Position numbers and translations under genes: made by a program. 64,000 nucleotides of DNA, taken from assembly GCA_009843735.1 (NCBI GenBank), contig VYCW01000051.1, positions 7,964-71,963 of the forward strand. Reading direction: 5' to 3'. Numbering within the stretch: the first letter of the stretch is position 1; each line of letters begins with the position of its first letter. This stretch comes from Acidimicrobiaceae bacterium (GTDB taxonomy: Bacteria > Actinomycetota > Acidimicrobiia > Acidimicrobiales > Aldehydirespiratoraceae). The notes beneath the pieces are model-generated. The model was not told the DNA's origin, did no database searches, and worked only from the letters and a program-made list of their open reading frames with translations. Positions 47,725 to 56,224 of this stretch are shown in pieces.

Positions 47725-48927
47725 TCAGTTGAGGCGTTCGACGATCATGGCCATGCCTTGGCCGCCGCCTACGCACATGGATTCGAGGCCGATGGTGTTG
47801 TCGCCGTCCTCAAGGCCGTTTAGCAGGGTGCACATGATGCGCGACCCGGTCATGCCGAAGGGGTGGCCCAGGGCGATCGACCCGCCGTTGGGGTTGAGCT
47901 TGTCGTAGTCGATGCCCAGGTCGTCGGCCGAGGGGAGCACCTGGGCCGCGAAGGCCTCGTTGATCTCCACGTGGTCGATGTCGTCGATGGTCATGCCGGC
48001 CCGGCCCAGGGCCTGGCGGCAGGCGTCGACCGGGCCGAGGCCCATGATCTCGGGGTTCAGCGCCGACACGCCGGTGGCCACGATCCGGGCCAACGGCTTG
48101 GCCCCCACCGCGGCCGCCTTGGCGTCGGACATCACCACCACCGCGGCGGCGCCGTCGTTCAGCGGGCAGCAGTTGCCGGCGGTGACCGTGCCGTCGGGGC
48201 GGAACACGGGCTTGAGCTGGGAGACGCCCTCGAGTGTCGTGCCCTCGCGGATGCCGTCGTCCCGGCGCACCTCGTTGCCGCCAGACAGCGGGTAGGGGGT
48301 TATCTCGCGCTCGAAGAAGCCCCGGTTCCGGGCCGCCTCGGCCCGGTTCTGGGACATCACTCCCCACTCGTCCTGGGCCTGGCGGGACACAGCCTTGTAC
48401 TGGGCCACGTTCTCGGCCGTCTGGCCCATTGCGATGTAGATGTCGGGCAGGCCCTGCGGTGGAGCCCACGACTCCGCGCCTCCGGCGGTGCGGCCGGCGG
48501 TGCGTCCCTCAGCTTCGGCGAAATCGTCGTTGTGGGGTCCGCTGTCGGCGGCGCCGTAGTCGTAGCGCGACACCGTCTCCACGCCCCCGGCCACGAAGCA
48601 GTCGCCCTCGCCGGCCTTGATGGCGTGGGCCGCCATGCGGATGGTCTGAAGCGACGACGAGCAGTAGCGGTTGACGGTCACGCCTGGAGCGTTGACGCCG
48701 GCCAGGATCGAGGCGACCCGGGCGATGTTGTAGCCGCCCTCGCCGCCGGGCTGGCCGATGCCCCAGATCACGTCCTCCACGTCGGCGGGCTCGAGGCCCG
48801 GGACCTTGGACAGCACGTCGCCGATGATGAACGCCGACATGTCGTCGGGCCGGACCTCGGTGAGCGATCCCTTGACGGCCCGGCCGATCGGGGTGCGGGC
48901 GGTGGCGACGATGACGGCTTCAACCAT
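47725..48927 (-). CDS. Acetyl-CoA C-acetyltransferase (thiolase)
   Basis: The start was trimmed to MVEAVIVATARTPIGRA (ATG 48927-48925). The active-site Cys context is NRYCSSSLQ and the C-terminal block is CVGGGQGMAMIVERL. Confidence 0.9.
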   Translation of the reverse strand: MVEAVIVATARTPIGRAVKGSLTEVRPDDMSAFIIGDVLSKVPGLEPADVEDVIWGIGQPGGEGGYNIARVASILAGVNAPGVTVNRYCSSSLQTIRMAAHAIKAGEGDCFVAGGVETVSRYDYGAADSGPHNDDFAEAEGRTAGRTAGGAESWAPPQGLPDIYIAMGQTAENVAQYKAVSRQAQDEWGVMSQNRAEAARNRGFFEREITPYPLSGGNEVRRDDGIREGTTLEGVSQLKPVFRPDGTVTAGNCCPLNDGAAAVVVMSDAKAAAVGAKPLARIVATGVSALNPEIMGLGPVDACRQALGRAGMTIDDIDHVEINEAFAAQVLPSADDLGIDYDKLNPNGGSIALGHPFGMTGSRIMCTLLNGLEDGDNTIGLESMCVGGGQGMAMIVERLN

Positions 48928-49003
48928 GACGGCTCCTTGCGGGTTTGGGGGGTTCGTTGGCGGGCGTGCGCCGGTCGATGCGGGCCTGCATAGGCTCGCG
49001 CCG

Positions 49004-50488
49004 GTGCACAACAGTAGCGACGGCACGGCCATTGACACCGAGCGGGCCTGGAAGCTCCTGATCGGCGGGGAGTGGGTCGACCCGGCTGGGGGGACCTACC
49101 CGGTCATCGACCCCAACGACGGCAGCGTCGTGGGTCACGCTCCCGAGGCGACCGCGACCCAGGCGAACGACGCTGCCTCGGCAGCCCGCGAGGCGCTTCC
49201 GCAGTGGCGGGCCCTCAGCCCCGAGGAGCGCGGCAACCGCCTGGCCCGTCTGGCCGGTGTGATCGAGCGGATGGCGCCGTCGTGGCTCGAGCTGGTCCAG
49301 GCCGAGACCGGCTCGGTGACCTCCATCGCCAAGGGACTCCAGGTGGGCGGGCCCATGATCGAGCGGTTCCGCTACTACTCGAGGCCGATCAACGTCGACG
49401 AGGACGTGGCCCCCATGCCGGCTGAGGCTGGGGCGCTGGGTCCGGCCGGACTGATCGCGGCCACGGTTAAGCGCCACCCGGTGGGGGTGGTGGCCTGCGT
49501 CACCCCCTACAACATGCCGCTGGTGAACGTGGCCGGCAAGGTCGCCCCGGCGCTGGCCGCAGGCAACACCGTGGTGATCAAGCCCGCTCCCCAGGACCCG
49601 CTGGGCGTGCTGCTGCTCGGCGAGGCGGTAGCCGAGGCCGGTCTGGGCGACGGCGTGGTCAACATCGTCACCGGTTCAGGACCGGAGGCACCGGCGGCTC
49701 TGGTGGCCTCCACCGACGTGAACATGGTGTCGTTCACCGGCTCGACCGCCGTGGGCGCCCGCATCTACGCGGACGGCGCGGCCACCATGAAGCGGGTACT
49801 GATGGAGCTCGGCGGCAAGGGCGCGCTGGTGATGACCGAGGACGCCGACGTGAACGCGGCCTGCATGGGGATCGCCACCACCTGGGGGCTCCACTCGGGC
49901 CAGATCTGCACCGCGCCGACCCGGGTGATCTGCCATCGCAGCATCCTCGGCCAGACGGTGGAGACGCTGAAGGCCTTCGCGGGCTTCATGAAGGTGGGCG
50001 ACGGCCGAGCGCCAGACACCATCGTCGGTCCGGTCATCACCGAGGCCCACCGCGACCGGGTCGAGGGCTTCATCGCGGGCGGGATCGACGCCGGGGCGAC
50101 CGCCGTGTGCGGCGGGCAGCGGCCCGATCTGCCCGGCTACTTCGTGGAGCCCACCCTGCTGGCGGACGTGACCCCTGGCATGGAAGTCGCGCGCGAAGAG
50201 GCTTTCGGGCCGGTGGTGGTGGTCCTGGCCCACGACGGCGACGACGAGGCCGTGGCCCTGGCCAACGACTCGTCGTACGGTCTGTTCTCCTACGTCTACG
50301 CCGGCGACGCCAAGCGGGCCTACGAGATCGGCTGCCGGCTGGAGTCCGGCAACGTGGCTCTCAACACCGTGCAGCCCCACATGTACGCCCCCTTCGGCGG
50401 CTTCAAGATGTCGGGCATCGGCCGAGACCGGGGCAAGTGGGGCATAGAGGCCTACACCGAGATCCAAGCCATCAACTGGCTCTCCTAG
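49004..50488 (+). CDS. NAD(P)-dependent aldehyde dehydrogenase
   Basis: It has KLLIGGEWVD, the catalytic Glu in ELGGKG and the catalytic Cys in SGQICTAPTR. The start is uncertain: I chose the in-frame GTG at 49004, and the ATG at 48926 would overlap the divergent thiolase start. Confidence 0.85.
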   Translation: MHNSSDGTAIDTERAWKLLIGGEWVDPAGGTYPVIDPNDGSVVGHAPEATATQANDAASAAREALPQWRALSPEERGNRLARLAGVIERMAPSWLELVQAETGSVTSIAKGLQVGGPMIERFRYYSRPINVDEDVAPMPAEAGALGPAGLIAATVKRHPVGVVACVTPYNMPLVNVAGKVAPALAAGNTVVIKPAPQDPLGVLLLGEAVAEAGLGDGVVNIVTGSGPEAPAALVASTDVNMVSFTGSTAVGARIYADGAATMKRVLMELGGKGALVMTEDADVNAACMGIATTWGLHSGQICTAPTRVICHRSILGQTVETLKAFAGFMKVGDGRAPDTIVGPVITEAHRDRVEGFIAGGIDAGATAVCGGQRPDLPGYFVEPTLLADVTPGMEVAREEAFGPVVVVLAHDGDDEAVALANDSSYGLFSYVYAGDAKRAYEIGCRLESGNVALNTVQPHMYAPFGGFKMSGIGRDRGKWGIEAYTEIQAINWLS

Positions 50489-50540
50489 GCAATCCGACCG
50501 CGCGTAGCGGCTCATACCCCTGGCCCGGTAGCTTCCGGCC

Positions 50541-51011
50541 ATGCTTGATGTGGACTCGCGGGCGCCCGACTTCGAGGCGCCCGACCAGCACGGCAACCTT
50601 GCGCGGCTGGCCGACCTCCGCGGTAGCTGGGTGGTGCTGTGGTGGTACCCCAAGGCCTCGACCGCCGGTTGAACCAAGGAGGGCAGGGGGTTCCGTGACC
50701 GAGCCCCGGAGTTCGAGGAGGCAGGCGCAGTCGTGGTCGGCGCCTCGTTCGACACCGTCGAGGAGCAGCGGGCCTTCGCCGAGACCGAGAGCTTTCCCTT
50801 CGCGCTGATCAGCGACACCGACAAGTCGGTCGGCCGGCGCTACCACGCTGAGCGTGAACCGGGGGAGGACTACTACGAGCACGGGCTGCCTCGCCGCATC
50901 ACCTACCTGATCGATCCGCAGGGGCAGATAGCCGCGGCCTACGATCTCGCCGGCCAGGACCTCGCCGGTCACGCGGCCCAGGTCCTGGCCGACATCGCAG
51001 CCCGGTCCTGA
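50541..51011 (+). CDS. Bcp-type peroxiredoxin with an in-frame TGA at the peroxidatic-Cys position (candidate selenoprotein, otherwise a pseudogene)
   Basis: Hand translation from ATG 50541 gives MLDVDSRAPDFEAPDQHGNLARLADLRGSWVVLWWYPKASTAG-TGA-TKEGRGFRDRAPEFEEAGAVVVGASFDT..., continuing in the same frame as track ORF 50733..51011. It aligns with E. coli Bcp YFYPKAMTPGCTVQACGLRD. Confidence 0.7.
50670..50672 (+). other. In-frame UGA codon (codon 44), putative selenocysteine
   Basis: Offsets of 129 nt (50541 to 50670) and 192 nt (50541 to 50733) are both multiples of 3, so the UGA sits in a continuous reading frame. The flanking TAG-U-T matches the TPG-C-T peroxidatic motif. Confidence 0.6.
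50686..50706 (+). promoter_or_regulatory. Candidate SECIS-like hairpin downstream of the UGA
   Basis: GGGGGT (50686-50691) pairs with ACC (50698-50700) and, after a GAG bulge, with CCC (50704-50706). The apical loop is UCCGUG. The hairpin starts 16 nt after the U of UGA. A longer-range CCTCGA (50656-61) / TCGAGG (50713-18) pairing also brackets the codon. None of this has been folded computationally. Confidence 0.3.
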
Positions 51012-51039
51012 CGGTCCCGCCCATCCGGATACAACGACG

Positions 51040-52047
51040 GTGATCATCGACTGCCACGGCCACTACACCACCACGCCGCCCGCAGTGGGGGAGTGGCGCG
51101 AGGCCCAGAAGGCCGCGGTGGCGTCCGATCCGGGCCACGTCGGGACCAAAGGCGAGATCGCGGTCAGCGACGACGAGATCCGCGAGAGCCTGGAGGGCGC
51201 CCAGCTCGCCTTCCAGCGCGAGCGGGGCACAGACCTGACGATCTTCTCGCCCCGGGCGAGCTGGATGGGCCATCACATCGGCAACGAGCACACTTCGAGG
51301 TTCTGGACCCAGCACCAGAACGAGTTGATACGGCGAGTGTGCGACCTGTACCCCCGCAACTTCGCCCCGGTGGCTCAGCTGCCCCAATCACCGGGCGCGC
51401 CCATCGACGCCTCGGTGCGGGAGCTGCGACGCTGCACGGAAGAGATGGGCTTCGTCGGCTGCAACGTCAACCCCGACCCGAGCGGCGGCCACTGGAACGG
51501 GCCGCCGCTCTGGGACCGCTACTGGTGGCCCCTGTGGGAGGCGATGTGCGAGCTCGACGTGCCGGCCATGATCCATGTCAGCGCGGCCTGCAACGAGAAC
51601 TTCCACACCACCGGCTCGCACTACCTGGGCGCCGACACGACCGCCTTCATGCAGGCGCTCACCTCGGGATTCGTTCACGACTTCGAGGGACTGCGGCTGG
51701 TGATCCCCCACGGCGGGGGAGCGGTTCCCTACCACTGGGGGCGCTTCGCGGGAATGGCCCAGGACTCGGGCTGGGACCTGCACGGGCTGATGGAGCACGT
51801 CTGGTTCGACACCTGCGTCTACCACCAGCGGGGCATCGACCTCCTCGTCGACGTAGTGCCCGCCGACAACATCCTGTTCGCGTCGGAGATGGTGGGCGCG
51901 GTGCGGGGCATCGATCCCGCCACCGGCCACCATTACGACGACACCCGCCGCTACATAGACAACGCCGACCTCGACGACGAGGCTCGGACCAAGATCTTCG
52001 AGGGAAACGCCCGGAGGGTCTATCCCCGACTGGAGGTGAGGCCATGA
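51040..52047 (+). CDS. ligJ: 4-oxalomesaconate hydratase-like amidohydrolase (LigJ family)
   Basis: It has MIIDCHGHYTT, DPSGGHWNGPPLWDRYWWPLWEAMCELDVPAMIH, PHGGGAVPYHWGRF and IFEGNARRVY. These closely parallel my recollection of Sphingobium LigJ. Confidence 0.75.
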   Translation: MIIDCHGHYTTTPPAVGEWREAQKAAVASDPGHVGTKGEIAVSDDEIRESLEGAQLAFQRERGTDLTIFSPRASWMGHHIGNEHTSRFWTQHQNELIRRVCDLYPRNFAPVAQLPQSPGAPIDASVRELRRCTEEMGFVGCNVNPDPSGGHWNGPPLWDRYWWPLWEAMCELDVPAMIHVSAACNENFHTTGSHYLGADTTAFMQALTSGFVHDFEGLRLVIPHGGGAVPYHWGRFAGMAQDSGWDLHGLMEHVWFDTCVYHQRGIDLLVDVVPADNILFASEMVGAVRGIDPATGHHYDDTRRYIDNADLDDEARTKIFEGNARRVYPRLEVRP

Positions 52048-52754
52048 GCGGACACGGCCGTCCCGTAGTGGTTCGTACGGTGGAGCGGGCCGATCCGGCC
52101 GCTGTCGACGGTCTGGCGACGATGGGGAGTGCCACCGTGCACGAGGCCATCGGCCGGCGGGGCTTCCTGGATCCCGACATCCGCCCCATCCAGTCCGGCA
52201 CCCGCATCGCGGGCACCGCGGTGACCGCGCTGTGCCATCCCGGCGACAATCTGATGATCCACGCCGCGGTCGAGACATGCCAACCGGGTGACATCCTGGT
52301 CGTGGCGGTCAGTGCGCCCTCGATGCACGGCTTTTTCGGGGATCTGCTGGCTACCTCGGTCCAGGCCCGGGGAGTGCGGGGCCTGGTGATCGACGCCGGC
52401 GTGCGCGACACCGCCGAGCTGCGGGCCATGAACTTCCCGGCGTGGAGCCGGCACGTCTCCTGCCAGGGCACCGTCAAGGCCACGGCGGGGTCGGTGAACG
52501 TGCCGGTGGTGGTCGGCGGTCAGATAGTCAGCCCCGGCGACGTGGTGTGCGCCGACGACGACGGCGTGGTGGTGGTGGCCCGCTCCGAGGCCGGGTGGGC
52601 GCTGGAGATGTCCCGGCAACGGGTGGCCAACGAGGAGGACGCCCGGGCGCGGCTGGCGGCCGGCGAGCTGGGTCTGGACATGTACGGCCTGCGCCAGCAG
52701 CTGGTCGGCATGGGCGTCGACTGGGTGGACACCCTTGAGGAGCCGGCGAACTAG
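52044..52754 (+). CDS. ligK: 4-carboxy-4-hydroxy-2-oxoadipate aldolase / oxaloacetate decarboxylase (RraA-like, LigK family)
   Basis: There is an ATGA overlap with the ligJ stop. The blocks are SATVHEAIGRRG, FGDLLATSVQARGVRGLVIDAGVRD, GTVKATAGSVNVPVV and RLAAGELGLDMY. Confidence 0.8.
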   Translation: MSGHGRPVVVRTVERADPAAVDGLATMGSATVHEAIGRRGFLDPDIRPIQSGTRIAGTAVTALCHPGDNLMIHAAVETCQPGDILVVAVSAPSMHGFFGDLLATSVQARGVRGLVIDAGVRDTAELRAMNFPAWSRHVSCQGTVKATAGSVNVPVVVGGQIVSPGDVVCADDDGVVVVARSEAGWALEMSRQRVANEEDARARLAAGELGLDMYGLRQQLVGMGVDWVDTLEEPAN

Positions 52755-52778
52755 AGCCGCATCTGGCCCCGCCCAGGG

Positions 52779-53648
52779 TCAGGCGAAGTCGTAGAGGCGC
52801 TGGGGGTTGTCGACCAGGATCCGGTTGCGGTCGGTCTCGTCGGGAGCGAACACGGCCAGCAGGTCCACGAGGTCTCCGTCGTCGGGCATGTGGCGCACGT
52901 TGGGGTGGGGCCAGTCGGTGCCCCAGAGCACCCGGTCGCCGGCTGCCGCGATGAGCGCGGCGGCCAGCGGAGCCACATCGTCATAGGGCGGGCGCCCCCC
53001 GGCGGTGAGCCGCTCCGCCCCCGAGATCTTCACCCAGGCCCCTTCGTGTTGCATGAGTTCCAGCAGCGCGGCGAACGGTGACTGGTCGAGGCCGCCGGCT
53101 GCGGGCACGCGGGCCATGTGATCGATGATGAACGGGCAGGGCAGGCGGAGCAGCACGCCGGCGAAGTCGGGCAGATCAGAGGCGTCGAGATGCACGACCA
53201 TGTGCCAGCCCCGGGACGCCACCCGGCAGGCGGTGCGCTCGAAGGCCCCGAGGTCGCCGCCTCCGAGATGCCTGACGAAGTTGAACCGAGCGCCCCGCAC
53301 ACCGACCTCGTGCAGCCGGTCGATCTCGGACTCGGGGCAGGACTCGTCGATCATGGCCACACCGGCGTACCGGCCGCCGGACCGCAACAGCGCGTCGACC
53401 ATGGCGGAGTTGTCGGTTCCGTGGCAACTGGCCTGAACCAGCACGGCCCGGCTCAGCCCCATGCGCTCATGCAGCCCCGCGAGCTGGTCCGCGCCCGCGT
53501 CGGGGGGTGTGTAGGACCGGCCGGCCGCGAAGGGAAAGCGGCTCGCGGGTCCGAACACATGGCAATGGGCGTCGCAGGCACCCGGTGGCGGGGAGAACGC
53601 CAACGGCGGGTGCGGGTCCGGATGGGGAGGCGGGATCGTCGGCTGCAC
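52779..53648 (-). CDS. ligI: 2-pyrone-4,6-dicarboxylate hydrolase-like amidohydrolase (LigI family)
   Basis: 289 aa with the N-terminal CDAHCHVFGP motif, WHMVVHLD, and a C-terminal WGTDWPHPN. Confidence 0.75.
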   Translation of the reverse strand: MQPTIPPPHPDPHPPLAFSPPPGACDAHCHVFGPASRFPFAAGRSYTPPDAGADQLAGLHERMGLSRAVLVQASCHGTDNSAMVDALLRSGGRYAGVAMIDESCPESEIDRLHEVGVRGARFNFVRHLGGGDLGAFERTACRVASRGWHMVVHLDASDLPDFAGVLLRLPCPFIIDHMARVPAAGGLDQSPFAALLELMQHEGAWVKISGAERLTAGGRPPYDDVAPLAAALIAAAGDRVLWGTDWPHPNVRHMPDDGDLVDLLAVFAPDETDRNRILVDNPQRLYDFA

Positions 53649-53672
53649 GCCGGGGGTGCCTCTGCCTGCCGT

Positions 53673-54824
53673 TCAGCGGGGACGGGGGAAGACGACCCCG
53701 TCGAAGAGCTTCCGGGCAGTGCGGATGATCCCCGCGCTCTCCACCACGGGCACCCCTCCGGGCTGGGTGGTCAGGTTCACCGCGGCTTCGAACGTGCCGG
53801 TCGGATGCTCCAGCGTGACCACCCGGTCGATCCGGGACGCTGCGGCCGGTCCGGCCGGTCCGCCGGCTCCCTCGGGCAGCATCTCGTTCCCGACGGCGTC
53901 GGGCAGCACCGCGGCGGTGGCGACCGACACCGCGCCGAGCACGCCGATGGCCTCATGGCAGCGGTGGGGGATGAAGGTCCGGGTGCAGAGGTGCCCTTCG
54001 GCGGTTCGGGGCGGTGCCACCAGCGTCATCTTGGGCACGCTGGACGCAGTCACGTCCCCGAGGCCCATCAGGTGGCCCGCGGCTCTGCGCACCTCCTCGA
54101 GCCGGGTCCGCAGGCGGCGGTCGGCTTCGAGGGTGGCGCAGTCCTCGTAGCCGGTCAGGCCAAGGTCGCCGGCCCGCATCACGACCGTCGGCATGCCGTT
54201 GTCGACGAGGGTGCAGTCCACGCCCTCGACAGAGTCGGTGAGGTTGCCGGTAGGGAGCAACGCGCCGCAGGAGCCGCCCGCGATGTCCTCGAAGTCGAGT
54301 CGCACCGCGGCCGCCGTGCCGGGTACGCCCGCGATGGACGCCGGGCCGGAGTAGTCGGGCATGCCGTCTCGAATCGGGAACGTCGCGGTTGCCGCCGATC
54401 CGGTGTTCACCATGTGGATCCGCACCCTCGCCTCGGCCCCGTTGGGAGTGACCAGGCCTCTCTCCACCGCGAACGGTCCCACACCGGCCAGCATGTTGCC
54501 GCAATTCTGGGCGTCGCTGACGAGGGGCTCGTCCACCGAGGGCTGAAGGAACAGGTAGTCGACGCCGGCACCGGGACCCGATCGCGGACCTACGACGGCC
54601 ACCTTGGTGGTGAGCACGTGAGCTCCGCCGATGCCGTCGATCTGGCGGGGGTCCGGCGACCCGACGATGCGCAGGATGAGGTCGTCTCGCTCGGCGGGAT
54701 CGTCGGGCAGGTCCAGGCTGCAGAAGAAGGCGCCCTTGGAGGTCCCGCCTCGCATCAGCATGCACGGCACGCTCTCGGTCACACCGCCATTGTGCCCCGC
54801 GAGGCGTCGGTGAGCGCGCCGCAT
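53673..54824 (-). CDS. PrpF-superfamily isomerase (4-oxalomesaconate tautomerase GalD / LigU-like)
   Basis: 383 aa with VPCMLMRGGTSKGAFF and RIVGSPDPRQIDGIGG blocks, typical of PrpF/GalD/LigU. Confidence 0.75.
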   Translation of the reverse strand: MRRAHRRLAGHNGGVTESVPCMLMRGGTSKGAFFCSLDLPDDPAERDDLILRIVGSPDPRQIDGIGGAHVLTTKVAVVGPRSGPGAGVDYLFLQPSVDEPLVSDAQNCGNMLAGVGPFAVERGLVTPNGAEARVRIHMVNTGSAATATFPIRDGMPDYSGPASIAGVPGTAAAVRLDFEDIAGGSCGALLPTGNLTDSVEGVDCTLVDNGMPTVVMRAGDLGLTGYEDCATLEADRRLRTRLEEVRRAAGHLMGLGDVTASSVPKMTLVAPPRTAEGHLCTRTFIPHRCHEAIGVLGAVSVATAAVLPDAVGNEMLPEGAGGPAGPAAASRIDRVVTLEHPTGTFEAAVNLTTQPGGVPVVESAGIIRTARKLFDGVVFPRPR

Positions 54825-54841
54825 GTTCTAGCTTCGGGGCC

Positions 54842-56071
54842 GTGATCGGCGATGCGGTGCTGGACGGCCTGCGGGTGGTCGAGGGCTCGGCGTTCGTGGC
54901 CGCGCCCTCGGGAGGTATGGCGCTGGCCCAGCTGGGAGCCGAAGTGGTGCGCTTCGACCGGATCGGCGGGGGCATCGACTACGGGCGGTGGCCGCTCACG
55001 GCGGAGGGCCGCTCGCTGTACTGGGCGGGATTGAACAAGGGCAAGAAGTCGGTGGCCGTCAACCTGCGCGATCCGGCCGCCCAGGAGCTGCTCTCCGAGC
55101 TGATCGGTGCGGCCGGCACCTTTCTCACCAACTTCCCGGCCCAGGGGTGGATGGCCCCCGAGAGGCTGACGGCCCGGCGGGCCGATCTGGTGATGGTGGC
55201 GATCACCGGCAACCGGGACGGGACCACCGCGGTGGACTACACCGTCAACGCCGCGGTCGGGTTCCCGATGGTGACCGGCCCCGCGGACCTCGACGGCCCG
55301 GTCAACAGCGTGCTGCCCGCCTGGGACCTGCTGTGCGGGCAGACGGCTGCCGTCGGGATCCTGGCCGCGGAGCGGCGCCGGCTGCTGACGGGGGATGGGT
55401 CGGTGATGATGCTGGCGTTGAGCGATGTGGCCCTGGCGGCCACGGCCGCGCTGGGCTATGTCGCGGAGGTCCAGGTCAACGGCGCGATCCGGCCTCGCGG
55501 TGGCAACGACCTCTACGGCGCGTTCGGGGTGGAGTTGTCCACCGCGGACGAGCGCCGCCTGTACGCGGTGGGCATCAGCGGCCGGCAGTGGGCGTCACTG
55601 CTGGAGGCCACCGGGAGCGAGGCCGCGGTCGCCGGGATCGCCTCGGCCCGGGGCCTCGACTTCACCGACGAGGGCGACCGTTACGAGGCCCGCCACGAGA
55701 TCAAGGCGGTGATGCAGGACTGGGCCGGCGCACGGTCCTTCGCCGAAGCGGCCGAGCGCTTGGACGCGCTCGGCGTCTGCTGGGGGCCCTACCAGACCTT
55801 CGCGGAGCTGGTCGAGAACGACCCGCGCTGCTCGCCTGCTGCCGGACTGTTCCGTGAGGTGGACCAGTCCGGCATCGGCCCCTATCTGGTGCCGGGGTCG
55901 CCGCTGGCGTTCGCGCCAGGCCCGGGGACGGGAACCGATGCGCTCGGCGACGCCGCGACCGCGCCCGTGCTGGGGCAGCACACCGACGAGGTGCTGGCCG
56001 GATGGCTGGGACTGTCGGCTCGTGAGATCGGCCGCCTGCACGACGCCGGCGTGGTCGCAGGCGGGAGCTAG
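54842..56071 (+). CDS. Family III CoA-transferase (CaiB/BaiF)
   Basis: 409 aa with LDGLRVVEGSAFVAAPSGGMALAQLGAEVVRFD. The start is a GTG at 54842. Confidence 0.8.
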   Translation: MIGDAVLDGLRVVEGSAFVAAPSGGMALAQLGAEVVRFDRIGGGIDYGRWPLTAEGRSLYWAGLNKGKKSVAVNLRDPAAQELLSELIGAAGTFLTNFPAQGWMAPERLTARRADLVMVAITGNRDGTTAVDYTVNAAVGFPMVTGPADLDGPVNSVLPAWDLLCGQTAAVGILAAERRRLLTGDGSVMMLALSDVALAATAALGYVAEVQVNGAIRPRGGNDLYGAFGVELSTADERRLYAVGISGRQWASLLEATGSEAAVAGIASARGLDFTDEGDRYEARHEIKAVMQDWAGARSFAEAAERLDALGVCWGPYQTFAELVENDPRCSPAAGLFREVDQSGIGPYLVPGSPLAFAPGPGTGTDALGDAATAPVLGQHTDEVLAGWLGLSAREIGRLHDAGVVAGGS

Positions 56072-56189
56072 ATGGGGCATGGCTCAGAATTGTCAGAGTT
56101 ATTGAAGATCGCAGTTTGTGAAATATAGGACGCGCCAATATATGGGTCCTGACCTGCCCCTTTTCCTAAAGCAAATATTCGCCTTGCAC

Positions 56190-56224
56190 AATTGTATACC
56201 GATGCTAAATTGTATACCGATGCT
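56190..56224 (+). repeat. Perfect 17-bp direct repeat (18-bp period) spanning the whiB-like start region
   Basis: AATTGTATACCGATGCT occurs at 56190-56206 and again at 56208-56224, separated by a single A. Each copy carries an in-frame ATG (56202 and 56220) and the palindrome GTATAC. The repeat lies within a roughly 150-bp low-GC stretch (about 40-45% GC by eye). Confidence 0.9.

Noticed and set aside
50733-51011. A stand-alone 92-aa ORF, as called by the track.
   Set aside because: It is only the C-terminal two-thirds of a Bcp peroxiredoxin fold and lacks the active site. It is in frame with the upstream 43 codons across a single TGA, so I treat it as one gene, either Sec-containing or a pseudogene.
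50541-51011. Calling the peroxiredoxin a plain pseudogene.
   Set aside because: I considered this and cannot exclude it without knowing whether selABCD are in the genome. I disfavour it because the single stop coincides exactly with the peroxidatic Cys codon and the rest of the gene is intact.
53118-54975. A 575-aa plus-strand ORF and a 340-aa minus-strand ORF across the ligI/PrpF-like genes.
   Set aside because: They are antisense or out of frame relative to genes with clear family signatures, and their composition is Arg/Gly/His-rich.
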